Shown one piece after another: positions 1-8,922 of a stretch of DNA of 64,000 nt. The number at the start of each line of letters is the position of its first letter. The first letter of the stretch is position 1. Source of the DNA: a bacterium (GTDB taxonomy: Bacteria > UBA8248); NCBI GenBank assembly GCA_965204535.1, contig OZ241996.1, positions 352,001-416,000 on the forward strand, written 5' to 3'. Position numbers and translations under genes: made by a program. A model generated the notes under the pieces. The model made no database searches. It was not told the origin of the DNA and saw only the letters and a list, made by a program, of their open reading frames with translations.

Positions 1-91
1 TCCCGCCCTTGTCGGCGGGGGAGCGCTCCCCTAATATGCGGCGTCCCACTGCGGCCTTCATTTTCTGATCATCGACATAGAGGAACCTTTC

Positions 92-1354
92 ATGGCGGAA
101 CCTGTACGCGGCGAAATCGTCGCCATCGGCACCGAGATGCTCCTCGGCGACCTCATCGACACCAACAGCGCCTTCATCGCAGACCAGCTCAAGTCGATCG
201 GCGTCAACATGTATTTCAAGACCACCGTCGGCGACAATCTCGACAGGATCGCGGGCGTCATCAAACAGGCCCACGAGCGCTCCCAGGTGGTCATCACCAC
301 GGGCGGGCTCGGCCCCACGGTGGACGACCTGACGCGCGAGGCCTGCGCCAAGGTGATGGGCGTCGAACTCGAGTTCCGCCAGGACCTGTACGACTACATC
401 AGCGCCTATTTCAGCCGCCGCGGTTTCCACATGAGCGACAACAACAAAAAGCAGGCCTACATTCCCGCCGGGGCCACGCCCATCGAGAACCCGCGCGGAA
501 CGGCGCCTTGCTTCATGTGCGAGGACGAGCGGGGGGTCATCATCGTGAGCCCGGGCGTGCCGCACGAGATGCGCTACATCATCACACAGTGCGCGGTGCC
601 CATCCTGCAGGAGAAATTTGATTTGGGAGAGGTTATCCGAACAAAAGTTCTCAAGACCTGCGGCCTCGGCGAATCGCGCGTCGACGAGATGATATCGGAG
701 TTGTTCCGAGAATCGGTGAACCCGAGTATCGGCGTGCTCGCCCACCCCGGCCAGGTGGACGTGCGCATCACCGCGCGCGCAAAGGATATCGAAGAGGCGA
801 ACAACATGATTGCGGGTCTCGAGGTCAAGGTGCGCGAGATCCTGGGTTCCGCCGTCTACGCCACCGGGAACGCGACGCTCGAGGAGACGCTGGCGCGCGT
901 GCTTGCCCAGAGCGGCAAGACCATCGCGATTGTGGAGTCGAACACCGGCGGGGCCTTGATCCAGCGGCTGAACGCCTGGCCCGAGCGCGTGCAGTTCTTA
1001 AAGCGCGGCGTCGTCGGATTGCACGCGGAAGAGCTGGCGCGCATGTTCGGGGTGGATGAGGGAGAAGACCCGGAGAGTTTCGCAAAAGCGCTCGCGAGGC
1101 GAATCCGCGAGGAGTCGGACGCAGACTTAGGGTTAGCCGTCTTCGGCCCCAATCCGCCCGAGAACATCGAGCCGGAAAACTCCCGCCGCGCGCCTGCGCT
1201 GGGCGACACCCACATGGCGCTCGACACGGGGAGCGACGCCTTCACCTTCACGGCGAGCTTCGGGGGAAACGAGCAGTTCGTGCAGTCGCGCGCGCCCATC
1301 TACGGGATGGAGCTCGTCCGCCGCGCGGTGCTGGGCCTCGACCCGCTGACGTGA
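92..1354 (+). CDS. cinA: CinA-like competence/damage-inducible protein (molybdopterin-binding-like N-domain plus degenerate PncC-like C-domain)
   Basis: EIVAIGTEMLLG..IDTNS, TVGDN, TTGGLGPTVDDLT, N-x-RGTAP, PGVPHEM motifs; C-domain IVESNTGG. Confidence 0.85.
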   Translation: MAEPVRGEIVAIGTEMLLGDLIDTNSAFIADQLKSIGVNMYFKTTVGDNLDRIAGVIKQAHERSQVVITTGGLGPTVDDLTREACAKVMGVELEFRQDLYDYISAYFSRRGFHMSDNNKKQAYIPAGATPIENPRGTAPCFMCEDERGVIIVSPGVPHEMRYIITQCAVPILQEKFDLGEVIRTKVLKTCGLGESRVDEMISELFRESVNPSIGVLAHPGQVDVRITARAKDIEEANNMIAGLEVKVREILGSAVYATGNATLEETLARVLAQSGKTIAIVESNTGGALIQRLNAWPERVQFLKRGVVGLHAEELARMFGVDEGEDPESFAKALARRIREESDADLGLAVFGPNPPENIEPENSRRAPALGDTHMALDTGSDAFTFTASFGGNEQFVQSRAPIYGMELVRRAVLGLDPLT

Positions 1355-1397
1355 CGCGGGAAGGCCCGCGCATCCCGACGCCCACGCCCGGCCTGCA

Positions 1398-1476
1398 GGG
1401 TTGTTGAGGAAGACATCCTTTCGTGATTCGGAGTATTTTGCCGACCGGGGAGAAAAGAAATTCACTCCCCCCTCAA
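1398..1476. repeat. Degenerate MITE left arm (GGGTTGTTGAGGAAG...) leading into a CACTCCCCCC-TCAA half-palindrome
   Basis: Resembles 13273-13360 and the reverse complement of about 11780-11866. Confidence 0.55.
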
Positions 1477-1478
1477 GA

Positions 1479-1787
1479 GGGGAGTTGAAAAATCCCTCCT
1501 CTCTTGGAGTTGACCACCGTCGTCATTCCAGCGAAAGCCGGAATCCATTTTATGATTTTGCTTTCGTTTTCGCATTTGATTCCGACTCGCGGGAGGGAGC
1601 GCCGCGCCCGAATCCGGAACGGATGAGGCGGATATATATGGCGGCGTCCGTATCTTCCCCAGTCGGGAGAGAGGACGTCAGGGCGAAAGGCCAAAGACAA
1701 AGGCGAAAATGGATTCCGGCTTTCGCCGGAATGACGAACAAAGACGAAGGTCAATCCCAAGCGAAGCGAGGCTTTTTCAACAACCCC
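1479..1787. mobile_element. Non-autonomous MITE with IS1182-like ends, carrying an inverted pair of GTCATTCCGGCGAAAGCCGGAATCC REP-like hairpins
   Basis: GGGGAGTTGAAAAA at 1479-1492 and TTTTTCAACAACCCC at 1773-1787; hairpins at 1521-1547 and 1710-1736. Confidence 0.7.
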
Positions 1788-1994
1788 CTACAGTTCGGAT
1801 TCATGGATATCCGCCAGCTTCATGAGATGCCTCTGCAAGCCGCGCTTGAGCGACGCGTCGCCATGAACCGGCACTGAGATGCGGATATCCGAACCCTGTT
1901 TCGCGTAAATGCGGTGACTGCCGCGGGTGCGCGCCAGTTTCCAGCCCTTCGCTTCCAGTATGCGGCAAAAGCGCTTTCCACTGACAATTTTCAC
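1788..1994 (-). CDS. hicA: HicA-family mRNA interferase toxin (68 aa)
   Basis: SGKRFCRILEAKGW..RTRGSHRIY..SVPVHG..LKRG; GTG start overlaps the hicB stop (GTGA). Confidence 0.9.
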   Translation of the reverse strand: MKIVSGKRFCRILEAKGWKLARTRGSHRIYAKQGSDIRISVPVHGDASLKRGLQRHLMKLADIHESEL

Positions 1995-2194
1995 ACGGCG
2001 ATCTCGACGACCCTGCCCGCGCCCGAAACGTCCACATCCTGGACGTCCACGGAGAGGCATCCCTCGACCGCCTCGTAGAGATTGCTCAACAACTCCTCGA
2101 ACGTATCTCCCTGCGTCGCACACCCGGGGACGGCCGGGACCTCGGCCCAATATCCACCTTCTTCCGCCTCGTGAACGACTACTTTCAGTTTCAC
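1991..2194 (-). CDS. hicB: HicB-family antitoxin (short, 67 aa)
   Basis: VVVHEAEEGGYWAEVPAVPGCATQGDTFEELLSNLYEAVEG; AGGGAGGAGG RBS before the GTG at 2194. Confidence 0.9.
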   Translation of the reverse strand: MKLKVVVHEAEEGGYWAEVPAVPGCATQGDTFEELLSNLYEAVEGCLSVDVQDVDVSGAGRVVEIAV

Positions 2195-2438
2195 AGTTTC
2201 CCTCCTCCCTTCGCTCGACGTTGGGTGAATTCCACCGTTTTCATCTTCAAGGCCCAACTCGCAAGTGCTTATCCGAGCTTATGCTCCGGCTCTCCGCAAT
2301 GTTCACTCAGGAGCCGACGATTCGCGCCTCCGCCTCAGTATATCATATCGCGATTTTCTTCCGGGCGAAGCGCAGGCACGTTTCCGGTGAAGTCCGCCAG
2401 ACCGCAAAGGCTCGGCACGGGGGCCGTCTGAGGGTTTG

Positions 2439-2467
2439 TTGACAGGATCGGCAAGAATATAGATACT
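2439..2467 (+). promoter_or_regulatory. Candidate sigma70 promoter for the UGSC operon
   Basis: TTGACA-N17-GATACT in an AT-rich intergenic stretch; ATCTTAT repeats follow downstream. Confidence 0.5.
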
Positions 2468-2572
2468 CTCAATCATCTTATTATTCCATAACGATCCGGC
2501 ATCTTATCATCTTATCGTGACTTTTGACCGCGCCTGGTGCGATTCCGCTTGGTTTCAGGGGAGGAGTGTTTT

Positions 2573-3130
2573 ATGAGGGAGACTCTGGTGATTCTCGACC
2601 CCTCGGGAATACCCCCTCCGATGGAGAAGGTGCGGCCGGCCGCGCGCCCCGCTCTTCTCGAGGGGGTCCGCTTGGGTCTTCTCGATAACACGAAACCAAA
2701 CTCCGACAAGCTGCTCCGCCGGCTGGAAGAGCGCTTGAGCGGGAAATACCCCATCGGCTCGTTCACGCACTACCGCAAGGGCGGCAGCGCGCTCCCCCTG
2801 GAGGAGGACCTGATCGATCGGATGTCTGCGGAGTGCGACTTCGTGGTGAACGCGGTGCCCGACTGAGGGTCCTGCACGCCGTGGAGTATCCACGACGCGA
2901 TCGAGCTCGAACAGCGCGGGCTCCCCACGCTCACCGTCATCACGGACATGTTCGAGGCCTTCGGGCGCAAGAAGGCGCGGGCCCTGGGTTTTGCGGGTCT
3001 CCCCATCGTCTCGATCCCCCATCCCATCACCGGAATACCGCTCGATACGGTGCACGCCCACGCGGACGGGATACTCGAAAGCGTGGCGGAGTCCCTGACG
3101 CAGACGCCGCCCCCGGTAGACGAAGGATGA
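2573..3130 (+). CDS. UGSC-family selenoprotein (185 aa; UGA at 2864-2866 read as Sec)
   Basis: GGAGGAG RBS; frame continues past GAC-TGA-GGG-TCC-TGC (D-U-G-S-C) as TPWSIHDAIELEQRGLPTLTVITDMF to a stop overlapping the next ATG. Confidence 0.85.
2880..2894 (+). promoter_or_regulatory. Putative bacterial SECIS hairpin
   Basis: CGTGGA-GTA-TCCACG stem-loop with G in the loop, about 19 nt after the UGA. Confidence 0.6.
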
Positions 3131-4182
3131 AGCTGGCATCCACGCGCCACGAGGTGGCCGACTCCCCTCTGGAGTTGCTCGAGTACGTGATGGAACGCGG
3201 CTGGGGGGACGGGCTGCCCGTCATCCCGCCGACTGAGGAGCGGGTGGCGGCCATGGTGGAGGCATCGGGGCGGCCGCCCGAGGAATCCCGCGGTCGCATC
3301 CCCCACCTCTTCGGCGACGCCACGATCGAGAAGATCGCCGTCAACGCCGCCATGGCGGGCTGTAAGCCCGAATACATGCCGGTGCTCGTCACCGCCGTCG
3401 ACGCCATCTTCGACCCCATTTATAACCTGCCGGGCGTTCAGGGGACGACGAACTGCATCGCGCAGCTCATCGTCGTCCACGGCCCCGCCCGGGGTGCGCT
3501 GGGGATCAACTGCAAGGAAAACCTCTTCGGCCAGGGCTGGCGCGCCAACGCCACCATCGGCAGGGCGTTCCGGTTCATCCTTCAGAACATCGGGGGCGCC
3601 AAGCCGGGCGATACCGATCGGAGCACCTTCGGCCACCAGGGCAAGTTCTCGAGTTGCATCGGCGAGAACGAAGAGGCGAGCCCGTGGCCGCCGCTCCACG
3701 TCGAGCGCGATCTCGAGCGCTCGGACAGCGCCGTGACGGTCATCGCCGTCGATCCGCACATCATGGTCAACGACGCGGCCAGCACGGACGGCGAGGGCGT
3801 GCTCCAGTCCATCGCTTCGTCGATGATGCAGGCGGGGAGCAACAACGCGCTCTTCGGCGGGGAGATGGTGGTCGTCCTCGGCCCCGAACACGTCGACATG
3901 CTCGTGCGCGACGGCTGGGACCCGACGCGGATCCGGGCCTTTCTCTACGAGCGGGGAAGGGTGCCGACGTTTCTTTTTGCGCCGGCGAACCTGGAGCGCG
4001 CGCGGGGACGCCGGGACGACCTCATGGCCCAGGAAGACCTCGAGAGCGTTCCCGTCGTAGACGATGAGGAGAGCATCTGCCTGTTCGTGGCGGGCGGACT
4101 CGGGAAGCACAGCCTCGTCATCCCGACTTTCGGAAACACGCACAGCGTCACGCGCAGGATTGATTTTTCCTTCACCGACTGA
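3127..4182 (+). CDS. Conserved uncharacterised partner of UGSC selenoproteins (351 aa)
   Basis: GWGDGLPVIPPTEERV, ATIEKIAVNAAMAGCKPEYMPV, RANATIGRA, ENEEASPW motifs; ATGA overlap with the UGSC gene. Confidence 0.75.
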   Translation: MKLASTRHEVADSPLELLEYVMERGWGDGLPVIPPTEERVAAMVEASGRPPEESRGRIPHLFGDATIEKIAVNAAMAGCKPEYMPVLVTAVDAIFDPIYNLPGVQGTTNCIAQLIVVHGPARGALGINCKENLFGQGWRANATIGRAFRFILQNIGGAKPGDTDRSTFGHQGKFSSCIGENEEASPWPPLHVERDLERSDSAVTVIAVDPHIMVNDAASTDGEGVLQSIASSMMQAGSNNALFGGEMVVVLGPEHVDMLVRDGWDPTRIRAFLYERGRVPTFLFAPANLERARGRRDDLMAQEDLESVPVVDDEESICLFVAGGLGKHSLVIPTFGNTHSVTRRIDFSFTD

Positions 4183-4338
4183 ACGCGGGTCGGACCAAGA
4201 GGAGAACGGATTCCAGGCGCTATCGTATCCAATCATTCCCCTGTCTTATCGGGAGCATTCAACCCAGGAGGCGGTATGACAACGGGGCACAACGCCCCGA
4301 ACCGTAAGTGGTAATCCTTTTTTCTGGAGGGCGGAGCA

Positions 4339-5955
4339 ATGGAACGACGCAAGGTCCGATTCGGTAGCGCCGCTATCTTCTTGGTTCTCGCCGCGGTGCT
4401 CGTACTCACTCACATCCCGGGGTCAGCATGGGCCCAGAAGCGGGGCGGCACGCTGGTGGTCGGCCTGGAAGCCGATCCGGGGCACTTCAACCTGATCGTC
4501 AAACCGGGCACGACGGTCCAGGTGCCGGCCGTGAACATCTACAACAAGCTGATCACGCTCGATTTCGACCTCAACCCGAAGCCGGAACTGGCGAAATCCT
4601 GGGAGGTCAAGGACGGCGGGAAGACGCTCGTCTTCCACCTCCGCAAGGGCGTGAAGTTCCACGACGGCAAGGAGATGACGAGCGAGGACGTGAAGTTCTC
4701 GCTCGAGAAGTGCCTGCCGTACAACCCCCGCTCGCGCGTGTTCTGGAAGCCGGTGGCGGAGAAGGTGGAAGCGCCGGACAAGTACACCATCGTCGTCCGC
4801 CTCAAGAAGCCTTTCGCCCCCTTGCTCACCGTGATGGGGGTGATCTTCGGCGGCCCCGCCATCTACCCCAAGCACCTGTGGAAGGATCACGTGGGCAGCC
4901 GCAAGGCCTTCCTGAACGCTCCGTATAGCAAGAAGCCCGTCGGAACCGGGCCCTTCATGCTCAAGGAATACAAGAAGGGCAGCCACGTACGGCTCGTGCG
5001 CAACCCGAATTACTGGAACGCGCCCAAGCCCTACGCGGATGAGTTGGTCATCCGGTTCGTCTCGGACGCCAACACCCGCCTCATCGCCCTGGAGAAAGGC
5101 GAGATCGACTATCTGCGCGCGGCCCTCATCCCCTGGGATCAGGCCGCCCGTCTCAAGAAGAACCCGAAACTCGTCGTCCTCGACAAGGGGGGAGAAGCGA
5201 CGGGGCAGGTCGAGTTCATGCTCCTGAACATGCGGCGGCCGATCACCGGCAACGTGAAGGTTCGCCAGGCGATCGCGTATGCGCTGGACAAGAACCAGAT
5301 CAGCCAGCTGGCGACCGGGGGCACCGCGAAGGTGGCGGACGGCATCATGCACTCGGCCATGAAGTGGGCGCACAAGGGCAGCTTCGCCCAGTACAAGCAA
5401 GACCTGAAGATGGCGAACAGGCTGCTCGACGAGGCGGGCTACCCGATGAAGGGAGGCAAGCGCTTCAGCCTCACGGTGACCTGGGCCAAGGGCCGAGGCT
5501 TCGAGGGACTGGCGGCCGAGGTGATCAAACAGCAGCTCAAGAAAGTCGGCATCGACATCAAGATCGAGTCCTTCGACCGGGCGGCCACGCTGAAGAAGGT
5601 CTACATCAATCATGATTTCGACATCATGATGCAGTTCTTCACCACCGGGCCCGACCCCAAGATCAGCGTGACGCGGGTCTACGACAGGAACAACATCGGC
5701 TCGGCGAACTTCAACAACGCGCCGTCCTACATCAACGTCGGCGTTCAGCGTCTCCTCGACGCCGAATGGCAGATCCCCGACGTGAAGAAGCGGGGCGCCG
5801 CGTGGCGTCAGATCGTCGATATGGTCGCGGCCGACGCGCCCGTCATCCCGCTGTTCGAGACACCCTTCGTCCACACGCATTCGGCGAAATGGGCGGATGT
5901 GGTCACGCGTCCCTACTGCGCGTATTGCACTCGGGAGGACGCTTACCAGAAGTAG
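4339..5955 (+). CDS. ABC transporter substrate-binding protein, family 5 (Dpp/Opp)
   Basis: Signal peptide; PELAKSW, LRKGVKFHDG, PVGTGPF, VRQAIAYALD. Confidence 0.92.
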   Translation: MERRKVRFGSAAIFLVLAAVLVLTHIPGSAWAQKRGGTLVVGLEADPGHFNLIVKPGTTVQVPAVNIYNKLITLDFDLNPKPELAKSWEVKDGGKTLVFHLRKGVKFHDGKEMTSEDVKFSLEKCLPYNPRSRVFWKPVAEKVEAPDKYTIVVRLKKPFAPLLTVMGVIFGGPAIYPKHLWKDHVGSRKAFLNAPYSKKPVGTGPFMLKEYKKGSHVRLVRNPNYWNAPKPYADELVIRFVSDANTRLIALEKGEIDYLRAALIPWDQAARLKKNPKLVVLDKGGEATGQVEFMLLNMRRPITGNVKVRQAIAYALDKNQISQLATGGTAKVADGIMHSAMKWAHKGSFAQYKQDLKMANRLLDEAGYPMKGGKRFSLTVTWAKGRGFEGLAAEVIKQQLKKVGIDIKIESFDRAATLKKVYINHDFDIMMQFFTTGPDPKISVTRVYDRNNIGSANFNNAPSYINVGVQRLLDAEWQIPDVKKRGAAWRQIVDMVAADAPVIPLFETPFVHTHSAKWADVVTRPYCAYCTREDAYQK

Positions 5956-5986
5956 TCCCGGTATTCGAAACGTGTTTCATGTTTCA

Positions 5987-6012
5987 GGGGCCCCGTCTCC
6001 GGGCGGGGCCCC
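5987..6012 (+). terminator. GC-rich hairpin between SBP and permease genes (mRNA stabiliser or attenuator)
   Basis: GGGGCCCCG...CGGGGCCCC inverted repeat. Confidence 0.5.
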
Positions 6013-6046
6013 GCGGGTTTCCTGACGTCTCACCGAGGGGCGATCC

Positions 6047-7030
6047 ATGGCAGGCGATTATCCGCTTCTGCGTTACAGCGTAAGGCGTATCCTACAGGCC
6101 GTCCCTCTCGTTTTCTGGGTCATCATCATCAACTTCACCATCATCCATCTCGCTCCGGGCGATCCGGCCATTTACCTGGCCAGCGTCACCGAGGCCACGC
6201 CGGAGGCCTACGCGGAACTGCGCAAGGAGTTCGGCCTGGACAAGCCGCTTTACGTCCAGATGGGGATTTACCTCTGGAAGCTGCTTCATCTGGACCTGGG
6301 CTATTCCACCTGGCACAACTCCCCCGTCCTCGGCGTCATCATCGATCGCCTGCCCGCGACCATGCTCCTGATGGCGACGGCCTTCTCCATCGCCAGCCTC
6401 ATGGGGGTGGTTCTCGGCGTCATCGCATCGCGCTATTCCTATTCGGTGGGCGACCACCTGGCGACCCTGGCTTCGCTCGCCGGCTATTCGATGCCCATCT
6501 TCTGGCTGGGCCAGCTTCTCATACTCTTTTTCGCCCTCTATCTGGACTGGCTGCCGAGCCAGGGGATGTACTCGATGCGCGGGGTGGAGCCCGGCTGGCC
6601 TGCGGTCCTCGACGTCCTGAAGCACCTGCTCCTTCCCGCGATCACCTACGCCACCTACCACATGACCCTCGTGTTCCGGATCACGCGGGGCAAGATGCAG
6701 GAGACGCTCGCGCAAGACTTCATCCTGACCGCGAAATCCAAGGGGTTGAACGAACGCCGCGTGCTCTACCGGCACGCCCTGCGCAATGCGCTGCTCCCGG
6801 TGGTCACCGTGATCGGCATCAATTTCGCCTACGTCATGGCGGGTTCGGTGTTCACCGAGACCGTGTTCGGGTGGCCGGGCATGGGCCGGCTGATCTTCGA
6901 ATCCATCACCGCGCGGGACTACCCGATGATTCTGGGGATCTTCCTCGTCGTCTCGATGATGATCATGCTGGCGAACCTCATCACGGACATTCTCTACGCC
7001 ATGATCGACCCGCGCGTGGCGTATAACTAG
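6047..7030 (+). CDS. Peptide/nickel ABC permease (DppB-like)
   Basis: LAPGDPA, GLDKPLYVQ, TAKSKGL..RHALRNAL, ETVFGWPGMG, RDYP. Confidence 0.92.
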   Translation: MAGDYPLLRYSVRRILQAVPLVFWVIIINFTIIHLAPGDPAIYLASVTEATPEAYAELRKEFGLDKPLYVQMGIYLWKLLHLDLGYSTWHNSPVLGVIIDRLPATMLLMATAFSIASLMGVVLGVIASRYSYSVGDHLATLASLAGYSMPIFWLGQLLILFFALYLDWLPSQGMYSMRGVEPGWPAVLDVLKHLLLPAITYATYHMTLVFRITRGKMQETLAQDFILTAKSKGLNERRVLYRHALRNALLPVVTVIGINFAYVMAGSVFTETVFGWPGMGRLIFESITARDYPMILGIFLVVSMMIMLANLITDILYAMIDPRVAYN

Positions 7031-7042
7031 GAACTCAGGCTC

Positions 7043-7942
7043 GTGACGACATCGGCGGATACAATCGAGCATCGAAACTCGAACAGAGGGCTGCAGATAA
7101 GGGCCGTCTGGGGCGCGTTCAGCCAGAACCGCGCGGTGCCCATCGCAGGGTCCATTCTTCTGGTGCTGATTCTGCTCGTTTTGTTCGCGCCCCTTCTGGC
7201 GCCCTATGACCCTTACGCGCTGGGTTCGGGATCGCGGCTGGGCGGGCATAGCTTCCGCAACATCATGGGCGCCGACAACCTCGGGCGCGACGTCTTCAGC
7301 CGCATCCTGTGGGGCGGGCGGGTCTCGATATTCGTCGGTTTCTCGGCGGCCTTCGCCACGACGTTCCTGGGCCTTCTGGTGGGCACGATCTCGGGCTACC
7401 TGGGCGGTTGGGTGGACGATATCCTGATGCGCCTCACCGAGACCTTCATGGTGATCCCGCGCTTCTTCCTCGCCCTTATTATCGTGGCCTTCTTCGGGGC
7501 GAGCATCTGGAACATCATCTTCGCCATCTCCATTTTGACGTGGCCGGTGACGGCCCGCCTCGTCCGCTCGGAATTCCTCACCCTGCGCACGCGGCAGTTC
7601 GTGGACGCCGCGCACGTGATCGGCACGAAGCGCTCGACGATCATCTTTCGCGAGATTCTGCCGAACGCCATCGGGGTCGTGGTCGTGAACGCCTCGCTGC
7701 TGACCGCGCAGGCGATGCTGCTCGAAGCGGGCTTGAGTTACCTGGGTCTGGGAGACCCCAGCCTGGTGACTTGGGGGCGGATGCTGTACGAGGCCCAGCC
7801 CTTTCTGCGACAGGCGTGGTGGATGGCCGTGTATCCCGGTCTGGGCATCTTTCTCTCCGTCCTGACGCTCAATCTGCTGGGAGACGGCCTGAACGACGTG
7901 CTCAATCCCCGCTCCTCCGAGATTCACCGGACCGGCCTATGA
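7043..7942 (+). CDS. Peptide/nickel ABC permease (DppC-like)
   Basis: GADNLGRDVFSRILWGGRVS, ARLVRSE, EILPN, LSYLGLG. Confidence 0.92.
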   Translation: MTTSADTIEHRNSNRGLQIRAVWGAFSQNRAVPIAGSILLVLILLVLFAPLLAPYDPYALGSGSRLGGHSFRNIMGADNLGRDVFSRILWGGRVSIFVGFSAAFATTFLGLLVGTISGYLGGWVDDILMRLTETFMVIPRFFLALIIVAFFGASIWNIIFAISILTWPVTARLVRSEFLTLRTRQFVDAAHVIGTKRSTIIFREILPNAIGVVVVNASLLTAQAMLLEAGLSYLGLGDPSLVTWGRMLYEAQPFLRQAWWMAVYPGLGIFLSVLTLNLLGDGLNDVLNPRSSEIHRTGL

Positions 7943-8922
7943 ACAAGACCGCCGAAAACGGAAACGGCCTCCTGCGGGTCTCAGACCTCAGGACCTACCT
8001 CGACGTGCCCTCCGGCGTGATCAAGGCCGTCGACGGCGTCTCGCTGGAGGTGAACCGCAAAGAAGCCGTTGCGCTGGTCGGGGAGTCGGGTTCGGGGAAA
8101 TCCATGACGGCGCTCACCATCATCCGGCTCCAGCCGGTCGTGGCCCGCATCCTCTCGGGCGAGATACTTCTGAACGACGTGGATCTCCTCACCTTGGACA
8201 CGGCGAGCATGTGCGACCTCCGCGGGACGGAGATCGCCATGGTCTTTCAGGACCCCATGACATATCTGAACCCCGTCATGCGGGCAGGGGCCCAGGTGGC
8301 GGAAGTGGTGCTGGAGCACCAGGAGGTCTCGAAGGGGGAGGCCCGTTCGCAGGTGCTCGACGCGTTCGAGCGCGTCGGCATCCCGTCCCCCCAACGGGTG
8401 TATGACAGCTACCCCCATCAGTTGAGCGGCGGCATGCGCCAGCGGGTGCTCATCGCCATGGCCATCTCGTGCCGCCCCTCCCTGCTCATCGCCGATGAGC
8501 CCACCACGGCGCTCGACGTGACCATCCAGGCGCAGATCATGGACCTGCTCGCCCACCTCCGCGAGGAACTCCAGAACGCCCTGTTCCTGATCACCCACGA
8601 TATCGGCCTCGTGGCGGAGCATTGCGACCGTATCTACATCATGTACGCGGGCCAGATTGTGGAGCACGCCGACACCTTCACCCTGTTCGCCGAACCGAAA
8701 CATCCCTACACGGAGGGCCTCCTGCGTTCGACGCTCAGCCCCGACAAGCGGGTGGAGGTATTCGAAACCATCGAGGGGCAGGTGCCGAACCCGACGGACA
8801 TGCCGTCGGGCTGCCGCTTCCATCCGCGTTGCCCCCACGTCAAGGACATCTGCCGCGAGGAGTCGCCGCCATCTCTCGATTTGGGGGAGGGACGGATGGT
8901 GGCTTGCTGGCTTTATGAGTGA
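7939..8922 (+). CDS. Peptide ABC ATP-binding protein (DppD-like)
   Basis: [39 protein letters not shown]; ATG at 7939 overlaps the previous stop. Confidence 0.92.
   Translation: MNKTAENGNGLLRVSDLRTYLDVPSGVIKAVDGVSLEVNRKEAVALVGESGSGKSMTALTIIRLQPVVARILSGEILLNDVDLLTLDTASMCDLRGTEIAMVFQDPMTYLNPVMRAGAQVAEVVLEHQEVSKGEARSQVLDAFERVGIPSPQRVYDSYPHQLSGGMRQRVLIAMAISCRPSLLIADEPTTALDVTIQAQIMDLLAHLREELQNALFLITHDIGLVAEHCDRIYIMYAGQIVEHADTFTLFAEPKHPYTEGLLRSTLSPDKRVEVFETIEGQVPNPTDMPSGCRFHPRCPHVKDICREESPPSLDLGEGRMVACWLYE

Noticed and set aside
1401-1877. ORFs containing VIPAKAGI / WIPAFAGMT / RHSGESRNP (also at 15417-16001)
   Set aside because: These are translations of the REP-like hairpins inside MITEs, not proteins.
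2864-2866. TGA as a pseudogene-causing nonsense mutation
   Set aside because: It sits exactly in a UxxC redox motif with a downstream hairpin and an intact coupled frame; Sec recoding explains it better.
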